Shown in pieces: positions 1-10,891 of a stretch of 64,000 nt of DNA. This DNA is from an uncultured Eubacteriales bacterium (GTDB lineage: Bacteria; Bacillota; Clostridia; Oscillospirales; Acutalibacteraceae). Numbering within the stretch: position 1 is the stretch's first letter; each line of letters begins with the position of its first letter. A program made the translations under genes and the position numbers. The stretch covers positions 2,621-66,620 of the forward strand of contig CAKSHJ010000009.1 in the NCBI GenBank assembly GCA_934457095.1, given 5' to 3'. Below the pieces are notes generated by a model. That model saw only the letters and a list, made by a program, of their open reading frames with translations, ran no database searches and was not told where the DNA came from.

Positions 1-1116
1 TTGGTTGCGGGCTTTATGCAACAGGAACGCTTTGGGTTTGAAGAAACGGTATATTTGTTGCTGTTTGGCGACTTACCCAATGCACATGCGCTGGGGAAAT
101 TTTGTAAATTGCTGGCACAGTACAGAACTTTGCCGACTACTTTTGTGCGCGACATTATTATGAAAGCGCCCAGCTCGGACATGATGAATGCGTTGGCGCG
201 CAGCGTGCTGACCTTATATGCCTATGACGATTTACCCAATGCCACCACCATTCCCAATGTGTTGGCGCAGTGCTTGCAATTGATTGCGTTATTTCCGGTG
301 CTGGCGGTGTATAGCTATCATAGTTATCGGCATTATCACAGCGGGCAGAGCCTGTTTATTCATGCGCCTCAGCCCCAACTTTCCACGGCGGAGAATATTT
401 TACATTTACTAAGGCCGGACAGCAAATATACCAATATGGAAGCGCGTGTACTCGATTTGGCATTGGTACTTCACGCGGAGCATGGCGGCGGCAATAACTC
501 TACATTTACCACGCATGTGGTTTCGTCCTCTGGCACCGACACCTACTCTGCCATTGCTGCGGCGCTTGGTTCCTTAAAGGGTCCAAAGCACGGCGGGGCG
601 AATATTAAAGTGACTGAAATGTTTGAAGATATGAAAAAAAATGTGCGGGATTGGACTGATGAAAAGGAGGTTCAGGCATATTTGATTTCGCTGCTGCGCC
701 GACAAGGTTTTGACAAAACCGGTCTCATTTACGGCATGGGGCATGCGGTATATTCTCTTTCCGACCCTAGAGCCAAGTTATTAGGGCAATTTGTCAAGGG
801 GCTTTCTGAGGAGAAAGGTCGGGAGAAAGAATATGAGCTATATAGTTTGGTGGAGCGAATTGCGCCGCAAGTGATTGCAAAAGAGCGTAAAATTTACAAG
901 GGCGTCAGTGCTAATGTGGATTTTTATAGTGGCTTTATTTACAGTATGCTGGATTTACCGGCGCAGCTTTATACCCCGCTGTTTGCGATTGCGCGTATTG
1001 CGGGCTGGAGCGCTCATAGAATTGAGGAGTTGCTCAATAACGGTAAAATTATGCGTCCGGCTTACATGAACATTGCGCAGCGTAGACCGTATATTCATTT
1101 GAATGATAGAATATAA
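1..1116 (+). CDS. gltA: citrate synthase, C-terminal ~370 aa (5' end cut by window edge)
   Basis: ORF open from base 1. Citrate synthase catalytic-region motifs are present (HAEHGGGNNSTF, GPKHGGAN, GMGHAVY, DPRA, NVDFYSG). A hairpin terminator follows. Confidence 0.9.
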   Translation: MVAGFMQQERFGFEETVYLLLFGDLPNAHALGKFCKLLAQYRTLPTTFVRDIIMKAPSSDMMNALARSVLTLYAYDDLPNATTIPNVLAQCLQLIALFPVLAVYSYHSYRHYHSGQSLFIHAPQPQLSTAENILHLLRPDSKYTNMEARVLDLALVLHAEHGGGNNSTFTTHVVSSSGTDTYSAIAAALGSLKGPKHGGANIKVTEMFEDMKKNVRDWTDEKEVQAYLISLLRRQGFDKTGLIYGMGHAVYSLSDPRAKLLGQFVKGLSEEKGREKEYELYSLVERIAPQVIAKERKIYKGVSANVDFYSGFIYSMLDLPAQLYTPLFAIARIAGWSAHRIEELLNNGKIMRPAYMNIAQRRPYIHLNDRI

Positions 1117-1150
1117 AAAACACGCAGAACTGTTTCTGCGTGTTTTTTAT
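1115..1150. terminator. bidirectional intrinsic terminator between convergent citrate synthase and nadE
   Basis: A-run, then 10-bp stem ACACGCAGAA / TTCTGCGTGT (1120-1129 / 1134-1143), then T-run 1144-1149. Confidence 0.8.
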
Positions 1151-1152
1151 GG

Positions 1153-3009
1153 TCAAAATAGCAAAATTGCCTCGATTTGTTGCTGCCATTGTGCTTTAGA
1201 AATATCTCCGGGCATATAGAAACCGCTACGCGGTGACAACGAAATACTATATATAGCCGGACCTTCGGGCATGCAGGAACGTTTGAATTGTTGAGCGAAA
1301 AAACGCTCATAAAACACCGTTAGCCAATGCTTTAATGCTGAGGAATCATAGGTGTGACCATGAGCTAAACTTGCAAGTCGAAAGATTTTGTGCGGCGTGA
1401 AGCCGTAGCGTAATGTGTAATATAAGAAGAAATCGTGCAATGCGTATGGCCCAACCAAGTCCTCAGTTTTTTGTAAAATGGAGTCATTTTCTGAAGGTAG
1501 AAGCTCTGGACTAACCGGGGTTTGTAAAATATCGGTGAGAATTTCGCGTAGAGGCTCTGCACTTTTTTGCATACAATGGGAGACTATATATTGTATTACA
1601 GTTTTAGGGATTCCGCAATTTATGCTATACATAGACATATGGTCGCCGTTATAGGTTGTCCAGCCCAAGGCCGATTCCGATAAATCTCCCGTGCCAATCA
1701 CAACACCGCCCAACTGATTGGCGATGTCCATGAGTACTTGCGTGCGCTCTCTTGCCTGCGCGTTTTCATAAGCGGCATCGTGCGTGGTTGCTTCTTGCCC
1801 GATATCTGAAAAGTGCTGTGTGACTGCCGCCGAGATATCAATCTCTCGGAAATTGCAGCCAAGAGCAGTTGCCAAAGCCTGCGCATTTTGGCGCGTGCGG
1901 CTTGTGGTGCCGAAGCATGGCATGGAGACCGCCGTAATACCGCTGGGGTCTGTTTTCATCAGGTCAAAGGCGCATACTGTGGCAAGTAATGCTAAAGTGG
2001 AGTCTAAACCGCCCGAAACACCCAGTACTGCCTGTTTGCAGCCAATATGTGTAAGACGAATTTTTAAAGCATGAGCCTGTATATTTAGAATACGCTCACA
2101 ATGGGCGGGGAGTTCGCTTTTTTGCGTGGGTAAAAACGGGTTTGCCGGAATCGCTCTTTGTAATTGCAATGGTATAGGCGGCATGGAAAATGAGATTTTT
2201 TTACAGTTTACGTTTTCAAATTTTGCGTGCAGACGCTCCTGCTGCAATAGTTCTAAGTCGATGTCCGCATCAATAAAGCCGGTTGAGAACGGCTTATTCT
2301 GTGCCAATAGCGCTCCGTTTTCGGCAATCAGATTATGCCCGGCGTAAACATGATTTGCGCTCGATTCGCCTTGTCCGGCCCCGGCATATACATATGCGCA
2401 AATTTGTTCGGAGGATTTTCCTGTGATGCGTGCTTTAAGCGGAGTATCTCTGTCGGCGGTTTCGGGCATAGAACTGGGGTGGAAAATAACGGTTGTGCCT
2501 TGTGTACTTAAGGTCTGCAATTGGTGATTCCCAGTGTGAGGGTGCTCAAATAGCACAACTCCAAATTGAAAAGCGGGTATTTCTTGGCAAGAAAATACCA
2601 ATTGTGTACCCAAAGGTACAATTTGTTCCAACACAGTAATTTCCTGCGCATGTACGTTGTTGCTTTTTGGTATAATGCCCAGCAGTCTGCCGTGATAGCA
2701 TACCGCCGCGCAACTGTAAAGGGTGTTGTCTACCGCGAGCGGCAGCCCTACAATACACACAATGTCTTCCTGATCGAGTTGGGTTAATACGGTACTTAGG
2801 GCCTCTAAAGCGGCATTTTGCAGTGTGCGCTGGGTGTATAAATCTCCGCAGGTACAGCCGGTCAGGCAAAGCTCCGGAAATACAATTGCACGAACCTGTT
2901 TGTCTGCTGCCTGCTTTGCAATTTCTATGATTTGCATAGCATTATATGGGCAATTTGCAACCTCTATTGCCGGGGTTGCCGCCGCAATTCTGATAAAACC
3001 GTCCTGCAT
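1153..3009 (-). CDS. nadE: glutamine-dependent NAD+ synthetase
   Basis: 618 aa. N-terminal CN-hydrolase-like domain plus C-terminal NAD synthetase domain with PP-loop GVSGGLDSTLAL. Confidence 0.9.
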   Translation of the reverse strand: MQDGFIRIAAATPAIEVANCPYNAMQIIEIAKQAADKQVRAIVFPELCLTGCTCGDLYTQRTLQNAALEALSTVLTQLDQEDIVCIVGLPLAVDNTLYSCAAVCYHGRLLGIIPKSNNVHAQEITVLEQIVPLGTQLVFSCQEIPAFQFGVVLFEHPHTGNHQLQTLSTQGTTVIFHPSSMPETADRDTPLKARITGKSSEQICAYVYAGAGQGESSANHVYAGHNLIAENGALLAQNKPFSTGFIDADIDLELLQQERLHAKFENVNCKKISFSMPPIPLQLQRAIPANPFLPTQKSELPAHCERILNIQAHALKIRLTHIGCKQAVLGVSGGLDSTLALLATVCAFDLMKTDPSGITAVSMPCFGTTSRTRQNAQALATALGCNFREIDISAAVTQHFSDIGQEATTHDAAYENAQARERTQVLMDIANQLGGVVIGTGDLSESALGWTTYNGDHMSMYSINCGIPKTVIQYIVSHCMQKSAEPLREILTDILQTPVSPELLPSENDSILQKTEDLVGPYALHDFFLYYTLRYGFTPHKIFRLASLAHGHTYDSSALKHWLTVFYERFFAQQFKRSCMPEGPAIYSISLSPRSGFYMPGDISKAQWQQQIEAILLF

Positions 3010-3047
3010 ATGCTTCCTCCTGTCGCTTTACAGAATATGTAAAATTG

Positions 3048-4067
3048 TCAGTTTTCTTTTTTTGTTTTTGTAACTTTACGTTTTTTATCAAATTCGTGCG
3101 GACTCAGCACGCCGGGTAAGTCATAGGTGTAGGTATTACGGTCAAATTCCTTGCTGGCGCAAAACGACAACGCACTGCGAATTTTTTTCATATTGGACCA
3201 TACGCCGCTCATGGAGTTATTTTTGTAGTGCATTTTTAAGGCATAATACAAACAGCACCAACCGGTTTTTCTGGTCAGCGCGCGGTAGGGTTTTTTGTAT
3301 TGTCTATATACACCGCTTTGGTTCAGCGAGGCCCGTACCATAGCCGTAGCCAGAATAAAGTCGTTGATTTTTTTGGCGTTAATAGTGGCAAGCGTGCTGG
3401 CATTTTGCTGGTTGTAGTAATACAGCGCACGATTAATAACCACAACTTTTTCGGCGTGAGAAAAGAGTTTATGCGCAATAGCCATGTCCTCAAACGCCAT
3501 GGAGGGAAAAGTAATGTTATTTTCGGTAAACAGCGTGCGTTTATAAATTTTATTCCACGCAAGACTTTGAATCTGCACATCTTTGAGCAGCCTTTTCAGA
3601 GCCTCCTCCTTGTTAAAAATGCCGCTGGTACGAAAGGGATATTTATATAAAATATCCGATTCCACGAAGTGATAATAGTAGTAGCAACAGGCAATGTCGG
3701 CGTTATTCACGGTAACCGCCGTGTATAATTCTTGCAAGAAGGTGGGCGCTAAATAATCATCGCTGTCCACAAAGCAAATGTATTCGCTTTTGGCAAGAGC
3801 CAAGGCGGTATTACGCGCGACCGACATACCCGCATTTGGCTGGTTAATCACAGTAATGTTGTGGTATTTTGCTGCAAATTCGTTTAAAATTTGCGGGCAA
3901 TTGTCGGTGGAGCCGTCATTGACTGCAATTAAATGAAAATCGCGAAAGGTTTGTTCCATTAGGGTTTGCAGGCATTTTGGTAAAAATTTGTCCACATTAT
4001 AAACCGGCATCAGCACCGTAATTTTCGGCACATGAGATGAATTTGTGCTTGCGGCCAACGGAGTCAA
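3048..4067 (-). CDS. family 2 glycosyltransferase
   Basis: N-terminal GT-A signature ITVLMPVYNVDKFL...VNDGSTDN...VDSDD. Confidence 0.85.
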   Translation of the reverse strand: MTPLAASTNSSHVPKITVLMPVYNVDKFLPKCLQTLMEQTFRDFHLIAVNDGSTDNCPQILNEFAAKYHNITVINQPNAGMSVARNTALALAKSEYICFVDSDDYLAPTFLQELYTAVTVNNADIACCYYYYHFVESDILYKYPFRTSGIFNKEEALKRLLKDVQIQSLAWNKIYKRTLFTENNITFPSMAFEDMAIAHKLFSHAEKVVVINRALYYYNQQNASTLATINAKKINDFILATAMVRASLNQSGVYRQYKKPYRALTRKTGWCCLYYALKMHYKNNSMSGVWSNMKKIRSALSFCASKEFDRNTYTYDLPGVLSPHEFDKKRKVTKTKKEN

Positions 4068-4170
4068 TCCTTTCCTAAGATGATTTGGCTAAATTATAGT
4101 ATATTTTGCGGTTTTTTACAAGAGGCATTCATTTTATTTATACGCCGTTTGCCGCAAAAAAGAACGAGGA

Positions 4171-5726
4171 TTACCTTGTACTTTGCTGTAAAGATGATTC
4201 TGTTGAAGCATCTTTTTGATGTGTGAGCCAGGATTTTAGATTTTTCAGGCTGATTCCGGAAATTTGATTTAGAGTATCTGTAGCGATTAAGAGCAAAAGA
4301 GGTGTAAAGGAGTAGATATAGCGGGAGCGGGTCTCCCAAATTAGCAGAAAGAGAAATAGTCCGTAGACGGCCAATTTGCATAGCAGGGTAGCATCTATTT
4401 TGCCGTTTTTGATGCCGAGGACAAGGGAGAGCATAAGCAGGGTTAATAGAGCTAAATGGAAGCCTTGGCTATAATAATAAAAGACATTGTAGCAATCTTC
4501 CCTATGCACAGGGTTATCCTTGGGGCTCAAAAAATACCATAATTTAGAGTTTGTCTCTAAATAAGTTCTACCTTCCCCGAAAAGAAGATAGGTACCATCT
4601 CCCCAAGTGTTGTGCACAGCTTTGTTGGTAAGGTGATTCATGAGTCCCGCAAAACCAAATTCGGAAATGCGTTTTTTAATCTCCGCAATATTTGCTTGCT
4701 TTTTTTCTTTTGCTCCATGAATGGAATCGGTAAATGCAGGGTCTTCATCGTTCCAGCCACCGTCTCCGCTTAATCCCATCATTACATAATGGGTAAAGGG
4801 ACGTGCGTTTTCATTGCGCAGTTCGGCGGAGACGACTCGTGGCTCTGCAATGGTATTAAAGGAGAAGAAAATAACCACAAAAGCGGCAAGCATGACAGCG
4901 GTGGCTTTTAAAAAAGCAAGTATTTTTTGGCTTAAAATGAGATGAATTAAAATCGCCGCCAAGATGATAGCAACGCTGCCTTTTAGTTTGTAGCCTAATG
5001 CTAACAGGATGCCTGCGCTTGCATAGAGTGTGTATGCGATTGCCGGTTTTTTGCTTGTAACGGCACAAAGGTATAAATAAATGGGAATAACCACAAAGGG
5101 CAGAGCAAAGGTATCGGTATAATATTGCGAGGTATAGGTGTAAAATGGCGCAAAGAAAAAACACACCACAGCGGTAAGCAAACCAATGTGAGCCCCCATA
5201 GTTTGTTTGCAATAAGATAGGTGAATAGTACACCGATATAAATAAAGCAAATATTCAGTATAATGGCATAGTATACGCTGGTGCTACCAGACAGTGCAAA
5301 GACAACTTTGTAAAATGTTTTTAAAATTAGATATATAAAAATATTGTTAGGACATGTGGCAAAATAAGAAAGATCGGGTGTGTCGGTAACGGAGGCAACG
5401 GCGGCATTATAAATTGCAGCGATATCCCAAGTATAGGTTGCTTTGAGAGAGAAACCGAAATACATCAACAACGCGAACATAATAGCGGAGATGCCGGCAA
5501 AAATGAAATGAATGGTTTTGGGCTTCCATTTTACTGCAATTTTACGACAAAAAACGGTGATGGCAATGCCCACAGCGATAAAACCTATTCCCAAAAGTGC
5601 AGAAAGCCAAGGCATACTACCGCTGTTTGTGACGATAATGCTGCCATAAATCCAAGCAAATGAAGCAAAAAACAATGTCTGAAAAATACGACTTAAAATG
5701 GGTTTAACGGTGGTAGGTTTTGGCAT
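4171..5726 (-). pseudogene. polytopic membrane GT-C-like (ArnT/PMT-like) glycosyltransferase, split by a -1 frameshift
   Basis: Two overlapping minus-strand ORFs (5001-5726 and 4171-5250) are both multi-TM. Sensible sequence switches frame at ...YLIANKLWG / AHIGLLTAVV... inside a C5 run (5193-5197, G5 on the coding strand). One extra G would give a single ~520-aa ORF. Confidence 0.6.
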
Positions 5727-6029
5727 GGATTCAGTCCTCCCAAATCAGAATTGTTTTTGAGATGATATAAAGGCGAACATTTTTCATCTTCAAAGCGTTT
5801 ATTGAGTTCATATTTTCCGTGATGAAAATAACCGCACAAAAACAAATTTATATCCTCAAACTGCGTTAAAACCTACTGGTTTGTAACAGCGATTCTCTCT
5901 AGTTTAAGTCTTATGCTATTATTTAAGCACATCTCAACCGTGAATGCAATCATTATACAGAAGTTTGGGTTTGTTTTTCATAAAAAAATAAATATTTCAA
6001 TCTTTTTACAGATATAATCAGTTCGTTCG

Positions 6030-6058
6030 TTGCAATCAATTCATAAAAATGGTATAAT
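6030..6058 (+). promoter_or_regulatory. sigma-A type promoter for glf and downstream glycosyltransferase genes
   Basis: TTGCAA (6030-6035), 17-nt spacer, TGg-TATAAT (6050-6058). It lies inside the 5' extension of the tracked ORF, which argues for a downstream start codon. Confidence 0.6.
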
Positions 6059-6110
6059 GACCGAAGTGTTCAACATGTGCTTGTACTTTGCTACGAAAGG
6101 TGTTGTAAAA

Positions 6111-7217
6111 TTGAGTCAGTATGATTACTTAATTGTAGGCAGTGGTTTGTTTGGCGCGGTATTCGCACAACAAATGACCCAAAACGGCAAAACCTGTCTA
6201 GTGGTGGAAAAAAGAGACCATTTGGGCGGAAACGTGTATTGCAGGCAAATAGAGGGCATTACCGTGCATGAATACGGCGCACATATTTTTCATACCAGCA
6301 ACCGGCGTGTTTGGGAGTATGTAAACCGATTTGCAGAGTTTAATCATTATATCAATTCTCCCATTGCCAATTATAACGGAGAGATATATAATTTACCCTT
6401 TAATATGAATACCTTTTCTAAAATGTGGGGCGTAATTACTCCGGCGCAGGCAAAAGCGAAAATTGAAGAGCAATGCAAAGAAGTTTCCGGTACGCCTCAA
6501 AATTTGGAGGAACAGGCTATTGCGCTGGTGGGCAGAGATATTTATCAAAAGTTGATTAAGGGCTATACCGAGAAGCAATGGGGTAGAGATTGCAAAGATT
6601 TGCCGGCGTTTATTATTAAGCGGTTGCCCGTGCGCTATACCTATGACAACAATTATTTTAACGACTGTTATCAGGGAATTCCCATAGGGGGATATAATGT
6701 GTTGATTGAGCGTTTATTAAAGGGGTGTCGGGTACAGCTGAATACAGACTTTTTAAAGGACAGGGAGCGGCTTTGTGCGTTGGCAGACAAGGTGGTCTAT
6801 ACCGGCACGATTGACAGCTATTACGACTACCGTTTTGGAGCGTTGGAATACCGTAGCGTGCGCTTTGAGAGTGAAACCTTAAACGAGGAAAATTACCAAG
6901 GGGTTGCCGTGGTCAATTATACCGACAGGGAAACGCCGTTCACCCGCGTGATTGAGCATAAGCATTTTGAGTTTGGCCAACAGCCCAAAACTGTAGTCAC
7001 CAGAGAGTATTCTGCGGATTGGAAATTGGGCGATGAGCCGTATTACCCGGTCAATGACGAAAAAAATCAGGCAGTATATGCCCAATATGCGGCGTTGGCA
7101 AAACAGCAGCCGAATGTAATTTTTGGCGGCAGATTGGCAGAATATAAGTATTACGATATGGACAAGGTGATTGCTTCTGCCTTGCAAGCGGCCGAGAAAG
7201 CGCTTGCTGACCATTAA
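6111..7217 (+). CDS. glf: UDP-galactopyranose mutase
   Basis: FAD-binding N-terminus YDYLIVGSGLFGAVFA...EKRDHLGGN and overall Glf-like sequence. Start placed at in-frame TTG 6111 behind RBS AAAGGTG; the track ORF begins at 6030. Confidence 0.9.
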   Translation: MSQYDYLIVGSGLFGAVFAQQMTQNGKTCLVVEKRDHLGGNVYCRQIEGITVHEYGAHIFHTSNRRVWEYVNRFAEFNHYINSPIANYNGEIYNLPFNMNTFSKMWGVITPAQAKAKIEEQCKEVSGTPQNLEEQAIALVGRDIYQKLIKGYTEKQWGRDCKDLPAFIIKRLPVRYTYDNNYFNDCYQGIPIGGYNVLIERLLKGCRVQLNTDFLKDRERLCALADKVVYTGTIDSYYDYRFGALEYRSVRFESETLNEENYQGVAVVNYTDRETPFTRVIEHKHFEFGQQPKTVVTREYSADWKLGDEPYYPVNDEKNQAVYAQYAALAKQQPNVIFGGRLAEYKYYDMDKVIASALQAAEKALADH

Positions 7218-7240
7218 AACATGCTTTACGGAGGAATCGT

Positions 7241-8299
7241 ATGTCTGATGTGAAAATCAGTGTCATTATGCCGGTGTATCAAGTGGAAAAATTTGTTGGA
7301 AAGGCCATTGAAAGCATACAAAACCAGACTCTACGCGAGTTTGAATTTTTAATTGTGGATGACGGTACGCCCGACAACAGCGGCAAAATTTGCGACGAAT
7401 ATGCAAAGAATGACCCAAGAATTCGGGTGATTCACAAGGAAAACGGCGGCGCGCCCAGTGCCAGAAATGCCGCTATGGAAATTGCAAAGGGCAAGTATTA
7501 TTATTTTATGGACTCCGATGATTGGGCAGAGCCCACCATGCTGGAGGATATGTATACCTTGGCCGAGCAGCACTGCTTGGAGCTGGTAGTTGCTGGGTAT
7601 TATATCGACACCTATTATAATGAGCACGAGTATATTACCACCGAGCTTTGTTTGCCAGACAAAATTTTTCAGTCGCAGAAAGAGTTCAGAGAGCAGGCCT
7701 ACCGCTTATTTGATTTGAATTTGCTGTATACGCCTTGGAATAAGCTGTATCTTGCTTCCTATTTAAATGACCGCAATTTAAAATTTTCCGACACCTTTTG
7801 GGATGATTTTCCGTTTAATTTGAGCGTGGTAAGAGATGTTACCCGCGTGGGCGTAACCGAAAAAAAATATTACCATTTTATGCGGGCAAGAGCCGAGAGT
7901 GAAACCACCAAATACCGCAGCGATATGTATGAAAAACGTGAGGAAGAACACCGGTGGCTGCTGGAATTGTACCAATACTGGGGCGTGCAGGATTACAACA
8001 GCATGGAGATGTTGTACCGCCGGTATATTGAGCGGGTGATTGGCTGTATTGAAAATGTAACCACGCCCAATTGTACGCTGACCGCCGCGCAGAAAAAGGC
8101 AGAAATTGCAAAAATTTTGCAAAACCCCAATGTGGACAGAGCCTTGCGTATGGCACAGCCGCGTTCGCTTTATATGAAGCTGATGTTAAAGCCCGTTGCA
8201 TGGAAAAATGTGCGTTTGGCCTATTGGGAGGGCAAATTGATTTCTCGCATAAAAGGCAAAAATGTAAAAATGTTTGCTGCTTTAAAAGCAAAGCGTTAG
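7241..8299 (+). CDS. family 2 glycosyltransferase
   Basis: ISVIMPVYQVEKFV...VDDGTPDNSG...MDSDD. Confidence 0.85.
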   Translation: MSDVKISVIMPVYQVEKFVGKAIESIQNQTLREFEFLIVDDGTPDNSGKICDEYAKNDPRIRVIHKENGGAPSARNAAMEIAKGKYYYFMDSDDWAEPTMLEDMYTLAEQHCLELVVAGYYIDTYYNEHEYITTELCLPDKIFQSQKEFREQAYRLFDLNLLYTPWNKLYLASYLNDRNLKFSDTFWDDFPFNLSVVRDVTRVGVTEKKYYHFMRARAESETTKYRSDMYEKREEEHRWLLELYQYWGVQDYNSMEMLYRRYIERVIGCIENVTTPNCTLTAAQKKAEIAKILQNPNVDRALRMAQPRSLYMKLMLKPVAWKNVRLAYWEGKLISRIKGKNVKMFAALKAKR

Positions 8300-8308
8300 G
8301 AGAATTGC

Positions 8309-9376
8309 ATGGAAAGACCGTTTATCAGCGTGGTGATGCCCGTGTATGGTGTGGAGCAATATTTAAACAGAGCCGCCAAAAGCGTGCTGAGCCAAACCTT
8401 TACCGATTTGGAGCTGATTTTGGTGGAGGATTGTTCGCCGGACCGCTGCGGGGAAATTTGTGAGACGCTTGCAAAAGAGGACGACCGTGTGAAAGTGCTG
8501 CACTTGCCGCAAAACGGCGGAGTGAGCAATGCGCGCAATCAGGGTATGACCGTAGCGCAAGGCCGCTACATTTTGTTTATGGACTCTGACGATTATCTGG
8601 ATTCGGATGCCCTGCAAACAGCGGCGGATTCTTTGCAAAGGAACCCGGCTAAGCTGGTTATATGGGGGTTTACCGAGGAATATTACGACAATGCCGGGCA
8701 ACTTGCCACTACGGTCGAGGTGAAGTTTGACGAGCATTTGCTTGCCGGGCAGGAGGCGCTGCGACCGTATGTGATTCGCTTGGAGCAAAAAACCATGCTG
8801 GGTTACCCTTGGAATAAACTGTATGACCTTGTGTATTTAAAGGAAAAAAATATTTTGTTTGAAACATGCACGGTGAATGAGGATATTTTTTTCAATGTTC
8901 GGTTTGTACGGGACATTGATGCGATGAATATTTTAAGTATGACTCCGTACCATTACCAAAAGAAAATGGATTCGGGCTTGACTTCTAAATTTGTGCCGGA
9001 CTATTATGCATTGCATATGCGGCGCCTCCGGGAGTTGCTGGAGCTATATAAAGGCTGGGGGCTTTGCACCGAGGAGGTAAAGCGTATTCTGGCCAATATT
9101 TATGTACGGTATGTGATTTCTGCCATACAGCAAAATTGCGACAAACGCGCCGGCAAAAGCGGCAAAGAACAAAAGGCGTTTATACGGGAGCTGTATGACA
9201 GCGACTTGTACCAAGAACTGATAGACTATGTGCAGCCCGAAAGCAGACTGGTGAAAATATTGGGCGGTTTTTTACAGAAAAAAAATACCGGGGCGTGCTA
9301 TTTGTGCGGCAAGGGTATCTATGCTGTGAAAAAGAAATTGCCGATTGTATTTGCAAAAGTGAAGCAGAACAGATAA
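8309..9376 (+). CDS. family 2 glycosyltransferase
   Basis: ISVVMPVYGVEQYL...VEDCSPDRCG...MDSDD. Confidence 0.85.
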   Translation: MERPFISVVMPVYGVEQYLNRAAKSVLSQTFTDLELILVEDCSPDRCGEICETLAKEDDRVKVLHLPQNGGVSNARNQGMTVAQGRYILFMDSDDYLDSDALQTAADSLQRNPAKLVIWGFTEEYYDNAGQLATTVEVKFDEHLLAGQEALRPYVIRLEQKTMLGYPWNKLYDLVYLKEKNILFETCTVNEDIFFNVRFVRDIDAMNILSMTPYHYQKKMDSGLTSKFVPDYYALHMRRLRELLELYKGWGLCTEEVKRILANIYVRYVISAIQQNCDKRAGKSGKEQKAFIRELYDSDLYQELIDYVQPESRLVKILGGFLQKKNTGACYLCGKGIYAVKKKLPIVFAKVKQNR

Positions 9377-9392
9377 CGGAAAGGAGTCTTTT

Positions 9393-10856
9393 ATGGAATA
9401 TATCAAGAAAGGCGCACAATGTTTTTTTGACGGCACACCGTTTAAAATTTTATATTTATTGCTTACGCTGCTGGCCTATACCAGTATCACTGCGCAAACA
9501 AAAGGTCTGACCATATTTTCTTTGGCGGTAACGGCTATTGGCGGTGTGGTACTTATTTACCGTGTTGTTTGCCTCAAGCACTTTATACGAACGCCCAATT
9601 TGCTGTTTTTGGGTTTATTTTTTGTCAGCTTTTTAATTTCTGCCGTGGTAAACTGGAAATACGGCATTATGGGTAATTTAAAAGGCGCTGTTTGGATGGC
9701 ATTTCAGTATGGCTTGCTGTTTGCGTGCGACGATACCAAAGAACCTGGTTTTTACAAAAGAGAATTCCATATTTTGTCCTTGATTTATTTGGCGTATATG
9801 GCAATTTGCGCTGCGGTGAGTTTGTACTTTTTGTGTACCGGGAGAGGGGGCGCCATAGAGCACGGCGATACCCGTATTTTCTACGGGTTGTGGTGGCAGA
9901 GATTGTGGGGAGCTTTCAGCGAACCAAATTATGCTGCCGTTGCTATGGTAACTGCTATTTTACTGGCATTTTATTTCTTTAAAATATGCAAGCAAATTTG
10001 GCTGAAAATAGGCTGCTGGGTATTGATTGCTCTATATGCCTCGTACGTTTTGTTCTCCGATTCCAGAACCGGAAAGGTCTGTTTAGCGGTTGGGGTTGCG
10101 GTTTTGACCTATTTGTTGCTGATTAACCCGACAAAACGCGACCGCAAAAAGGCACTCACGCATGTGGTTGCCATTGTACTGGCGCTTGTGGTGGCAGCAG
10201 GGTCTTATTTTGGTGTGTATTATGTTAAGAAAGGTTACAATTATATTCGCGAGAATATTCAGACTTCTCAAACGGAGAATCCCGGTGACTCGTTAAATCT
10301 AGTGATTGGCAGGGAGCAGGATTTGGAAAATGATGTGAGCAACGGTCGGTTTTCGCTTTGGAAGAGCGGCGTGGATATTTTTTGCACCTCTCCTGTATTT
10401 GGCGTAGGCGCAAGAAATTTGACTGCCGCTGCAGATGACAAAGCACCGGACACCTATTTGGTGAATAACCCGAACGGCGGTAAATTTGATTCTACCCATA
10501 ATATGCTGTTAGATGTGTTTGCCGCACAGGGAGCAGTGGGAATTGTGTTGATTGTTTTGGCAATGGCGCTGATTATTGTGAGTGTAATACGACTGCTGAG
10601 CAGGAATTTAAAAGAAAATTATACAGCGGTGGCTACTATGGTAGCTGTGGTGATTTGCATAGGAGCTTCCGGTATGTTTTTGCCGAATGTGATTTATGTA
10701 AATACGCAAAGTACGTTTCTGTTTTGGCTGTTTTTGGGCTATTTGATGTATTATTACAGCAAAACCAGAGATAAAGCGAGACATACCCGAGTTTCTACGC
10801 AGGAGCAACAAGAGGAACAGGAGGTTTCCCGGCCGGAAATACACGAGAATATTTAA
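9393..10856 (+). CDS. O-antigen ligase / Wzy-like polymerase family membrane protein
   Basis: 487 aa with ~10 predicted TM segments. A periplasmic-loop region typical of the Wzy_C family is present (SDSRTGK...GRFSLWKSG...GVGARN...STHNMLLDVFAAQG). Confidence 0.75.
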   Translation: MEYIKKGAQCFFDGTPFKILYLLLTLLAYTSITAQTKGLTIFSLAVTAIGGVVLIYRVVCLKHFIRTPNLLFLGLFFVSFLISAVVNWKYGIMGNLKGAVWMAFQYGLLFACDDTKEPGFYKREFHILSLIYLAYMAICAAVSLYFLCTGRGGAIEHGDTRIFYGLWWQRLWGAFSEPNYAAVAMVTAILLAFYFFKICKQIWLKIGCWVLIALYASYVLFSDSRTGKVCLAVGVAVLTYLLLINPTKRDRKKALTHVVAIVLALVVAAGSYFGVYYVKKGYNYIRENIQTSQTENPGDSLNLVIGREQDLENDVSNGRFSLWKSGVDIFCTSPVFGVGARNLTAAADDKAPDTYLVNNPNGGKFDSTHNMLLDVFAAQGAVGIVLIVLAMALIIVSVIRLLSRNLKENYTAVATMVAVVICIGASGMFLPNVIYVNTQSTFLFWLFLGYLMYYYSKTRDKARHTRVSTQEQQEEQEVSRPEIHENI

Positions 10857-10891
10857 GCGGTATTATAGTTGTCAAAGAGGGGGCGGATACA

